Origin: Pristiophorus japonicus | Taxonomy: Eukaryota | Reading direction: 5' to 3' | Length of the DNA stretch: 64,000 nucleotides | Assembly: GCF_044704955.1 (NCBI RefSeq) | Contig: NC_091979.1 | Location: forward strand, 159,402,001-159,466,000 | Part shown: positions 53,279 through 64,000 of the stretch, piece by piece | How the letters are laid out: every line of letters begins with the position of its first letter | How positions within the stretch are numbered: the first letter of the stretch is position 1 | Notes under the pieces: model-generated | What the model was told of the DNA's origin: nothing | The model's input: the letters and a program-made list of their open reading frames with translations, nothing else | The model's database searches: none | Program-made: the position numbers and the translations under genes

Positions 53279-56200
53279 ACTGGTGACGAGAATACGAATC
53301 CAATGCAAAGATGCAGCAAACTGGGCATCCTGGAGAAGTTCTCGGAGGGTGAGGACTGGGAAACCTATGTCAACGGCTAGACCAGTACTTTGTAGCCAAC
53401 GAGCTGGACAGAGAAGAAAGCGCTGAATAAAGGAGAGCGGTCCTCCTCACAGTCTGCGGGGCACCGACCTACAGCCTCATGAAGAATCTTCTGGCTCAGG
53501 TGAAACCCACAGATAAGTCGTATGAGGAGCTGTGTACACTGGTTCAGGAGCATCTTAATCCGAGGGAGAGCGTGCTGATGGCAAGGTATCGGTTCTACAC
53601 GTGCCAGTGATCTGAAGGTCAGGAAGTGGCGAGCTATGTCGCCAATCTAAGGCGACTTGCAGGACAATGTGAGTTTGATGGCTACCTGGAGCAAATGCTC
53701 AGAGACTTTTTTGTACTGGGCATTGGTCACGAGACCATCCTGCGAAAACTTCTGACTGTAGAGACACCGACCCTCAGTAAGGCCATTGCGATAGCACAGG
53801 CGTTTATGTCCACCAGTGATAACACCAAACAAATCTCTCAGCACACAAGTGCTAGCAATGTTCATAAATTAACTGGAACTGTGTTTGCGAGCAGAAATGT
53901 ACAGAGCAGAACCTACGAGTCTGCAACTGCCAGCAGGCCTCAGGTGACCCACATGACAGAGTCCCCAACAAAGGATGAATGCAAGACAATTCATACCTTG
54001 TTGGCGTTTTGGAGGCTTCCATTCAGCCTATTCATGCCGCTTCAAAGGGTATGTTTGCAAGAGCTGTGGAACAATGGGGCACCTCCAACGAGCTTGCAAA
54101 TAAGCTGCAAGCTCTGCAAAACCTGCTAACCACCACGTAGCAGAGGAAGATCGGTCCATGGTGAATCAAAGCAATTTCGAGCCTCAGAGAGAGGAGGCAG
54201 ATGCTGAAGTACACGGGGTGCACACATTTTCGACGAAATGTCCACCTATAAAGCTAAATGTAAAATTGAATGGCTTACCCGTAGCCATGGAACTGGACAC
54301 TGGCACTAGCCAATCCATCATGAGTGAAAAGATGTTTGAGAGACTGTGGTGCAACAAGGCATTCAGACCAGCCCTAAGAGCCATCCACACGAAACTGAGA
54401 ACGTACACCAAAGAGCTCATCACTGTCCTGGGCAGCGCCATGGTCAAGGTCCCCTTTGAAGGCGCGGTGCATGAACTGCCACTCTGGATTGTCCCGGGCG
54501 ATGGCCGCACAATGCTTGGAAGGAGCTGGCTGGGCAAAATCCGCTGGAACTGGGATGACATCCGAGTGCTATCACATGTCGATGAGGCCTCATGTACCCA
54601 GGTTCTTAACAAATTTCCTTCCCTTTTTGAGCCAGGCATTGGAAACTTCCGGGGCGAAGGTGCGGATCCACTTGGTCCCAGAGGCACGACCCATTCACCA
54701 CAAGGCGCGAGCGGTACCTCATGTGATGAGGGAGAGAGTGGAAATTGAGCTGGACAGGCTGCAATGCGAGTGCATCATCTCCCCAGTGGAATTCAGCGAG
54801 TGGGCCAGCCCGATTGTTCCAGTACTCAAAAGTGATGGCATGGTCAGAATTTGCGGCGATTATAAAATAACTATTAATCGTTTCTCGCTACAGGACCAAT
54901 ACCCGCTACCTAAGGCAGACGACCTATTTGCGATGCTGGCAGGAGGCAAGATGTTCACCAAGCTCGACCTGACTTCGGCCTACATGACGCAGGAGTTGGA
55001 GGAGTCTTTGAAGGGCTTCACCTGCATCAACACGCACAAGGGCCTGTTCATCTACAACAGATGCCTGTTTGGAATTCAGGTGGCTGCAGCGATCTTCCAG
55101 AGAAACATGGAGAGCCGACTCAAATCGGTACCACACACGGTAGTCTTTCAGGACGACATATTGGTCACGGGTCAGGACACTGCCGAACACCTACAAAACC
55201 TGGAAGAGGTCCTCCAGCGACTGTATCGCGTAGGGCTGCGGCTGAAGAAGTCGAAATGCGTCTTCATGGCAACAGAAGTGGAGTTTTTGGGGAGAAAGAT
55301 CGCGGCGGATGGCATTCGGCCCATAGATGCCAAGACAGAGGCTATCAGGAACGCGCCCAGGCCACAGAACGTCACGGAGCTGCAGTCGTTCCTGGGACTC
55401 CTCAACTATTTTGGTAACTTCCTACCGGGGTTAAGCACTCTTTTAGAGCCCCTACATATGTTATTGCGCAAAGGTGAGAACTGGGAATGGGGGAAAAAAA
55501 AGTAATTGCTTTTGAGAAAGCCAGAAACATTTTATGCTCCAACAAGCTGCTTGTATTGTATAACCGGTGTAAAAGACTTGTGCTAGCATGTGACGCGTCA
55601 TCGTACGGAGTCGGGTGTGTATTACAACAAGCTAACGTTGCGGGGAAGTTGCAACCTGTCGCCTATGCTTCCAGGAGCTTGTCTAAGGCGAGAGGGCCGA
55701 CAGCATGATTGAGAAAGAGGCATTCGCGTGTGTGTTCGGGGTAAAGAAAATGCATCAGTACCTGTTTGGCCTCAAATTTGAACTGGAAACCTATCACAAG
55801 CCCCTCACATCCCTGTTCGCTGAAAACAAGGGGTAAATACCAATGCCTCAGCTCGCATACAAAGGTGGGCACTCGCGCTATCAGCGTATGACTATACCAT
55901 CCGCCACAGGCCAGGCACCGAGAACTGTGCGGATGCTCTGTCGGCTACCATTGCCCACCACGGGGATGGAAATGGCGCAGCCTGCAAACTTGCTGATGGT
56001 GGCACAGGCCGCAGACTTGTTGATGGTCATGGAAGCGTTTGAAAATGATAAATCACCTGTCACGGCCCACCAGATTAGGACTTGGACCAGCCAAGATCCT
56101 CTGCTGTCCCTAGTAAAAAAAACTGTGTACTGCATGGGAGCTGGGCCAGCATCCCCGTTGAAATGCAAGAGCCAATCAAGCCGTTCCAGCGACGAAAGGA

Positions 56201-57262
56201 CGAGCTGTCCATTCAGGCAGACTGCCTGTTGTGGGATAACCGTGTAGTGCTACCAAAAAAGGGCAGGGAGACGTTCATCTCGGATCTCCACAGCATACAC
56301 CCGATATAGTAATAATGAAAGCGATAGCCAGATCCCACGTGTGGTGGCCCAGTATCGACCCTGACTTAGCGTCATGTGTACAGCAATGCCGCGTGTGTGC
56401 TCAGTTGAACAACATGCCCAGAGAGGCACCACTATGTTTGTGGTCCTGGCCCTCCAGACCATGGTCGAGGATCCACGTCGACTATGCGGGCCTGTTTCTC
56501 GGTAAAATGTTCCTGGTGGTGGTGGACGCTTTTTCAAAATGGATTGAATGTGAAATAATGTCGGGAAGCACCGCCACCGCCACCATTGAAAGCCTGAGGA
56601 CCATGTTTGCCGCCCACGGTCTGCCTGACATACTGGTCAGTGACAACGGGCCATGTTTCACCAGTGCCGAATTTAAAGAATTCATGACCCGCATTGGGAT
56701 CAAACATGTCACTTCGGCCCCGTTTAAACCAGTCTCCAATGGGCAGGCAGAGCGGGCAGTACAAACCATCAAACAGAGCTTTAAACGAGTCACAGAAGGC
56801 TCACTCCAAACCTGCCTGTCCCGGGTACTGCTCAGCTACCGCACGAGACCCCACTCGCTCACAGGGGTGCCCCCAGCTGAGCTACTCATGAAAAGGACAC
56901 TTAAAACCAGACTCTCGTTGGTTCACCCCAACCTGCATGATCAGGTAGTGAGCAGGCGGCAGCAACAAAATGTAAACGATGGTCGCGTCACTGTCACGGG
57001 AAATTGATCTGAATGACCCTGTGTATGTGCTAAACTATGGACATGGTCTCAAGTGGATCGCGGGCACGGTGATAGCTAAAGAAGGGAATAGGGTGTTTGT
57101 AGTCAAACTAGACAATGAACAAATTTGCAGAAAGCACCTGGACCAAACGAGGCTGCGGTTCACAGACTGCCCTGAACAACCCACAGCAGACACCACCTTT
57201 TTCGAGCCCACAACACACACCCAAAGGATCAACAACACCACGCCGGACCAGGAAATTGAACC
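53075..57262 (+). mobile_element. Gypsy LTR retrotransposon A (5' LTR, PBS, gag, protease, RT, RNase H, integrase), cut at its 3' end by element B
   Basis: Protease MELDTG, RT with WASPIV/FQDD (ORF 54456..55505), RNase H CDAS, integrase VDAFSKW...SDNGP...GQAER (ORF 56315..57007); RT-RH-INT order; frameshifted. Confidence 0.93.
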
Positions 57263-57509
57263 TAATATATCCTTGCTATACAGCACAAATGCACATGAGG
57301 CCCAAACTAGAGAGAAGGTCACTCAGTGATCAATAACCTTTATTAGCCAGCACTGAAGTGGAGAAGATGGGTGGAGCTTTCCCTTTTATACCTGAAAGTC
57401 CAGGTTCGGAGTGTCTCCCACAAGTTCACCACCTAGTGGTCAGTGTTCTCACGGTGTACAACTTAGATCAGTTTATACATGGATTACAATGACAGTTGAA
57501 TACATGACA
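57263..57509 (-). repeat. 3' LTR of Gypsy B
   Basis: Matches 63792-64000 with about 6 substitutions and 1 indel in ~208 bp; preceded on the minus strand by purine tract GGGGGGAGGTGA. Confidence 0.9.
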
Positions 57510-60466
57510 TCACCTCCCCCCAAAGTCTTGTTGGGATCACAGGTTAAGTATCTGGTGGTTTACGCTCCCTTGTAGAGCGCCTGAGTTGGGGCTCGGGTTG
57601 TTGGGCGCTGGCCTGAGTGTCTGCTGTTTGCGGTGTCTCAAGCCTGTCAGGACTGCACACAGTGAGTGGGCTCTCCTCTACTTGCTTCTGGTGTTCGGTC
57701 ACCTGTGGCGGAGTGAACTCTACATCGTGTTCTTCTTCTGCTTCTTCTATGGGGTTGCTGAACCATCTTTTTGTTTGATCCATGTGTTTGCGGCAGATTT
57801 GTCCATTGGTAAGTTTAACTACCAGAATCCTATTCCCCTCTTTGGCAATCACAGTGCCTGCAAGCCATTTGGGCCCTGCAGCGTAGTTGAGGACAAAGAC
57901 AGGGTCATTGACATCAATACATTGCATCCTCGCATTCCTGTCATGGTAGTCACATTGTGACCGGTGCCTGCTCTCAACAATTTCTTTCATGGTGGGGTGT
58001 ATAAGGGATAACCTGGTTTTGAGCATCCTTTTCATAAGCAGCTCTGCAGGTGGAACCCCTGTGAGCGAGTGTGGTCGGGATCTATTGGCCAACAGGAGGC
58101 GTGATAAGCGGCTTTGTAGGGAACCCCCTTGGATTCTGAGCATCCCCTGTTTGATTATCTGCACTGCTCGTTCCGCCTGGCCGTTTGAGGCCGGCTTGAA
58201 CGGTGCCATTCTGACATGGTTGATACCATTTCCTGCCATGAAGTCCTGGAACTCAATGCTTGTAAAGCACGGGCCACTGTCGCTGACCAAGACGTCCGGC
58301 AGACCATGGGCGGCAAACATTGCCCGTTGAGTTTCTACCGTGGCAGAGGATGTGCTTGAATTGAGAATGTCACATTCGATCCATTTGGAGTAGGCATCTG
58401 CTACAACCAAAAACATTTTTCCCATGAAAGGACCTACATAGTCCACATGGATGTGTGACCATGGCTTGGCGGGCCAGGACCAGGGGCTAAGGGGGGCTTC
58501 CCTGGGCACATTGCCCAGCTGGGCACACGTGTTGCACCTGCGAACACAAAGTTCCAGATCTGCGTCTATCCTTGGCCACCAAACGTGTGACCTGGCAATT
58601 GCCTTCATCATGACAGTGCCCGGGTGCTCATTGTGGAGTTATCTGATGAACGCCTCTCTGCCCATCTGGGGCATGACTACTCGGTTTCCCCACAGTAGGC
58701 AATCGGCCTGAATCGAGAGTTCATCCTTGCGCCTGTGAAATGGTTTTAATTCCTCAGGGCATGCCCCGCACTTGGCTGCCCAGTCCCCATTCAGGACACA
58801 TTTCTTGACTAAAGACAGTAGCGGATCTCTATTTGTCCAGACTTTGATCTGACGGGCTGTCATGGGTGAGCCTTCGCTTTCGAAAGCTTCAACAGCCATG
58901 ACCATCTCAGCAGTATGCTCGGTTGCCCCTCGGTGGTGGCTAGTGGGAGCCTGCAGACTGTATCGGCGCAGTTTTCAGTGCCCAATCTGTGCCGAATTGT
59001 ATAGTCATAGGCGGCTAACGTGAGTGCCCACCTCTATGTGGGCCGACGCATTTGCATTTATGGCCTTGTTGTCGGCCAAAAGGGACGTTAGGCGTTTGTG
59101 ATCTGTCTCCAGCTCAAATTTCCTGCCAAACAGGTACTGGTGCATTTTTTTTACTGCATATACACATGCGAGTGCTTCTTTTTCCACCATCCCGTAGCCC
59201 CTTTCTGCCTGGGACAGACTTCTGGAGGCATAAGCTACCGGCTGTAACTGACCATTGGCATTAACATGCTGCAACACACACCCGACCCCATAGGACGACG
59301 CATCGCACGTTAAAACAAGTTTCTTACATGGGTCATATAGCGTTAACAGATTGTTGGAGCATTACAAATTGCATGCTCTATCAAAAGCCCTTTCCTGGCT
59401 GTCCCCCCAGACCATTCGCGACCTTTACGTAGGAGCACGTATAGCGGCTCTAACAGCGTGCTCAATTTTGGAGGAAAGTTCCAAAAATAGTTCAGGAGCC
59501 CCGTCGTGTTATGGGGTCTGGGTGCTCTCTGGATCACTTCTGTTTAGATCTGATCCCATCTGCTGCTACCCTCATCCCCAGGAATACTACCTCTGGAGCT
59601 AGGAAGATGTACTTCGCCTTTTTCAGTCGCAGATCTACGCGGTCCAGTCTGCGTAGCACCTCCTCCAGGTTGTGGAGGTGTTCTTCAGTATCGCAACCCG
59701 TGATGAGGATGTCGTCTTGAAAAACCACCGTCCTTGGAATCGACTTGAGGAGACTTTCCATGTTTCGTTGAAAGATCGCAGCGGCCGAGCGAATCCCGAA
59801 CGGACATCTGTTGTACTCAAACAACCCCTTGTGTGTTGTGATGGTGGTCAGCTTCTTCGACTCACTCGCCAGCTCCTGTGTCATGTAAGCTGAGGTCAGG
59901 TCCAATTTTGAAAAAAGTTTGCCACCGGATAGTGTCGCAAAGAGGTCCTCTGCTCTCGGTAGCGGGTACTGGTCTTGGGGTGACATTCGATTGATGGTGG
60001 CCTTGTAATCACCACATATCCTGACCGACCCATCCGCCTTGAGCACTGGCACGATCGGGCTCACCCAGTCACTGAATTCAACTGGCGAGATGATGCCTTC
60101 CCTCAGCAGGCGGTCCAGTTCGCCTTCTATCTTTTCCCGCATCACGTACGGCACCACTCTGGCCTTGTGGTGTACTGGCCTGGCGTCCGGGTTTATGTGA
60201 ATCACTACCTTGGTCCCCATGTAAGTGCCAATGCCGGGTTGAAATAGTGAGTCAAATTTGTCCAGGACCTGTGAGCATGATATTCGCTCCACAGAAGAAA
60301 TTGCATTGACATCGCCCCATTTCCAGTTCATGACAGCAAGCCAATTCCTCCCCAGCAGTGCGGGACCGTCCCCCGGGACAATCCAGATTGGCAACCTGTT
60401 CTCCGAATCTTTGTGGGTCACGACTACCATGGCGTTGCCTAGCACCGTTGTATATGTCCTTTGTAT

Positions 60467-62535
60467 ATAGAAACATAGAAAATAGGTGCAGGAGTAGGCC
60501 ATTCGGCCCTTCTAGCCTGCACCGCCATTCAATGAGTTCATGGCTGAACATTCAACTTCAGTACCCCATTCCTGCTTTCTCGCCATACCCCTTGATCCCC
60601 CTAGTAGTAAGGACCTCATCTAACTCCTTTTTGAATATATTTAGTGAATTGGCCTCAACAACTTTCTGTGGTAGAGAATTCCACAGGTTCACCACTCTCT
60701 GGGTGAAGAAGTTCCTCCGCATCTCGGTCCTAAATGGCTTACCCCTTATCCTTAGACTGTGACCTCTGGTTCTGGACTTCCCCAACATTGGGAACATTCT
60801 TCCTGCGTCTAACCTGTCTAACCCCGTCAGAATTTTAAATGTTTCTATGAGGTCCCCTTTCATTCTTCTGAACTCCAGTGAATACAAGCCCAGTTGATCC
60901 AGTCTTTCTTGATAGGTCAGTCCCGCCATCCCGGGAATCAGTCTGGTGAACCTTCGCTGCACTCCCTCAATAGCAAGAATGTCCTTCCTCAGGTTAGGAG
61001 ACCAAAACTGTACACAATACTCCAGGTGTGGCCTCACCAATGCCCTGTACAACTGTAGCAACACCTCCCTGCCCCTGTACTCAAATCCCCTTGCTATGAA
61101 GGCCAACATGCCACTTGCTTTCTTAACCACCTGCTGCACCTGCATGCCAACCTTCAATGACTGATGTACCATGACACCCAGGTCTCTTTGCACCTCCCCT
61201 TTTCCTAATCTGTCACCATTCAGATAATAGTCTGTCTCTCTGTTTTTACCACCAAAGTGGATAACCTCACATTTATCCACATTATACTTCATCAGCCATG
61301 CATTTGCCCACTCACCTAACCGATCCAAGTTGCTCTGCAGCCTCACAGCATCCTCCTCGCAGCTCACACTGCCACCCAACTTAGTGTCATCCGCAAATTT
61401 GGAGATACTACATTTAATCCCCTCATCTAAATCATTAATGTACAGTGTAAACAGCTGGGGCCCCAGCACAGAACCTTGCGGTACCCCACTAGTCACTGCC
61501 TGCCATTCTGAAAAGTACCCATTTACTCCTACTCTTTGCTTCCTGTCTGACAACCAGTTCTCAATCCATGTCAGTACACTACCCCCAATCCCATGTGCTC
61601 TAACTTTGCACATCAATCTCTTGTGTGGGACCTTGTCGAACGCCTTCTGAAAGTCCAAATATACCACATCAACTGGTTCTCCCTTGTCCACTTTACTGGA
61701 AACATCCTCAAAAAATTCCAGAAGATTTGTCAAGCATGATTTCCCTTTCACAAATCCATGCTGACTTGGACCTATCATGTCACCTCTTTCCAAATGCACT
61801 GCTATGACATCCTTAATAATTGATTCCATCATTTTACCCACTACCGATGTCAGGCTGACCGGTCTATAATTCCCTGTTTTCTCTCTCCCTCCTTTTTTAA
61901 AAAGTGGGGTTACATTGGCTACCCTCCACTCTATAGGAACTGATCCAGGTCAATGGAATGTTGGAAAATGACTGTCAACGCATCCACTATTTCCAAGGCC
62001 ACCTCCTTAAGTACTCTGGGATGCAGTCCATCAGGCCCTGGGGATTTATCGGCCTTCAATTCCATCAATTTCCCCAACACAATTTCCCGGCTAATAAGGA
62101 TTTCCCTCAGTTCCTCCTCCTTACTAGACCCCCCGACCCCTTTTATAACCGGAAGGTTGTTCGTGTCCTCCTTCGTGAATACCGAACCAAAGTACTTGTT
62201 CAATTGGTCCGCCATTTCTTTGTTCCCCGTTATGACTTCCCCTGATTCTGACTGCAGGGGACCTACGTTTGTCTTTACTAACCTTTTTCTCTTTACATAT
62301 CTATAGAAACTTTTGCAATCCGTCTTAATGTTCTTTGCAAGCTTCTTCTCATACTCCATTTTCCCTGCCCTAATCAAACCCTTTGTCCTCCTCTGCTGAG
62401 TTCTAAATTTCTCCCAGTCCCCAGGTTCGCTGCTATTTCTGGCCAATTTGTATGCCACTTCCTTGGCTTTAATACTATCCCTGATTTCCCTTGATAGCCA
62501 CGGTTGAGCCACCTTCCCTTTTTTATTTTTATGCC
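60467..62535 (-). mobile_element. Young 5'-truncated CR1 inserted in Gypsy B pol
   Basis: Uninterrupted 427-aa RT ORF 60558..61841; same subfamily as 23534-26916; sits between Gypsy IDTQLR and TY...VLGNA. Confidence 0.93.
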
Positions 62536-63791
62536 GTAGCTGTGTGTCAATCGACAATAATTTTGGCCTCCTGGCCTTGGACGCCCACAACTTGTCGAAC
62601 TGTTGATACTCATCAGGGACTGGCTGGCACTCGTGTCTAGCTCCATTGATACTGGGATGCCATTGAGGAGCACTTTCATCATAATCGGTGGCGTCCTGGT
62701 GTATGAACTGTATATGTGCTCCACATGAACTCGCTGAACTTCAGCTTCCAGCGATTTCCCCCAGTGTCCATTTGGTCTCGTCGGGCTTACATCGGGCCCG
62801 TCCTCCTCGTACATAAAGCTGGCTGCAGGCTTCCTGCACATACGCGCCAAGTGACCGCTGACGTTGCAATTTCTGCAGGTATATTGCTGATACCTGCAAG
62901 CTCTGGCTGTGTGTTTGCCTCCACACCTCCAACATGAGCCGTTGTTGGAAACAAAAGGTCCATTACCAGTCGATCGTCTGACTGTTTCTAACTGTCCTTA
63001 AACGCACCATTGACAGGTGTTGATGGCCCCGTTACTGGACGCATTGTCCCTTGCGATGGCATGAATCACCATTTAGCTAGCCATTGTCTCTGTTGAATTC
63101 CCCCTTTGGGTTCGACTACATGCTCGGGCATGTCCGATTGCCCCTGTCTGCCTGGAGAACTGTGTGCCGCGTTAACAATGTTGACTCTCTGTCCATTTGC
63201 TGCATTTAAACCAAGATTTTTGTCAAACATCATTCTGGTCTCTTCCTCCCCTGAGATAAATGTCTGGACCATCAAAGCCGCCGATTCCAGGGTCAAGTCT
63301 TTGATCTCAATCAGTTTCCTGAAAATGCCAGCGTGCCCGATGCCCTCAATGAAAAAGTCTCTCAGCATCTCCGCTCTGCATGCATCTGGGAACCTACATA
63401 GGCTCCCCAGTCGCCAGAGATCTGCCACGAAGTCTGGAACACTTTGCCCTTCTCACCGCCGGTGCGTGTAAAACCAGTGTCTCGCCATGTGCATGCTGCT
63501 CGCCAATTTAAAGTGTTCCCCGTTCAACTTACTGAGCTCTTCATAAGTTTTGTCCGCCGGCTTCTCTGGCGCTAGAAAGTCCTTCATCTGGGAGTACGTC
63601 CTGGATCCACAAACCGTCAGGAGATGAGCCTTGCGTTTGTCGGCCGAATCCTGTCCCAGCCATTCCTTAGTGACGAAACTTTGCTGTAGTCTCTCAATAA
63701 AATCTTCCAAATCATCACCAACACATTACCTCTCCTCTGTGCTGCTAGTGGCTTTGCTCGCGTGGTTTAAATCCCAGTTTCTCGTCGCCAA

Positions 63792-64000
63792 TAATATATC
63801 CTTACTATACAGCACAAATGCACATGAGGCCCATACTAGAGAGAAGGTCACTCAGTGATCAATAACTTTATTATCCAGCACTGAAGTGGAGAAGATGGGT
63901 GGAGCTTCCCCTTTTATACCTGAAAGTCCAGGTTAGGAGTGTCTCCCACAAGTTCACCACCTAGTGGTCAGTGTTCTCACGGTGTACAACTTAGGTCAGT
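63792..64000 (-). repeat. 5' LTR of Gypsy B (partial)
   Basis: Direct repeat of 57263-57470, adjacent to the PBS. Confidence 0.9.

Larger units (their letters stand above)
57263..64000 (-). mobile_element. Gypsy LTR retrotransposon B, essentially full length (5' LTR runs off the window), carrying a CR1 insertion
   Basis: Two LTR copies, PBS TGGCGACGAG (63781-63790), gag (63066-63710), protease MELDTS, RT FQDD (59534..60460), integrase ORF 57544..58611, PPT next to 57510. Confidence 0.94.

Noticed and set aside
59534-62850. Novel LINE-LTR chimeric proteins (ORFs 59534..60502, 61931..62590, 62374..62850)
   Set aside because: They are read-throughs across CR1/Gypsy insertion junctions, with no sign of selection.

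Overview
Eukaryotic, repeat-rich vertebrate genomic DNA. The repeat complement (Deu-domain SINEs, CR1, L2, RTE, Penelope, Harbinger MITEs) suggests a cartilaginous fish; this is an inference. The window holds a complete 10-exon DNAJB11 (ERdj3) gene on the minus strand (CDS 48959 to 18233, 1074 nt, 357 aa), whose last intron must use a non-canonical GC donor. About 4.9 kb past its stop codon is coding exon 1 and the CpG-rich promoter of a CDK2/CDK3-type kinase gene (minus strand); its other exons appear to lie left of the window. A second CpG island at ~52.4-52.9 kb carries plus-strand splice signals and may be the 5' end of a head-to-head neighbour. The rest is mostly transposable elements, often nested: many CR1 and L2 fragments, a near-complete RTE LINE, a degenerate Harbinger plus related MITEs, a pogo/Tigger-type MITE carrying a 30-bp minisatellite, a hAT MITE, Penelope remnants, and two oppositely oriented Gypsy LTR elements, one inserted in the other. 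I found no prokaryote-type system and no clearly new system. The best leads are the CDK2/3 paralogue at this locus, the GC-AG intron, the divergent transcript and the repeat-carrying MITEs.
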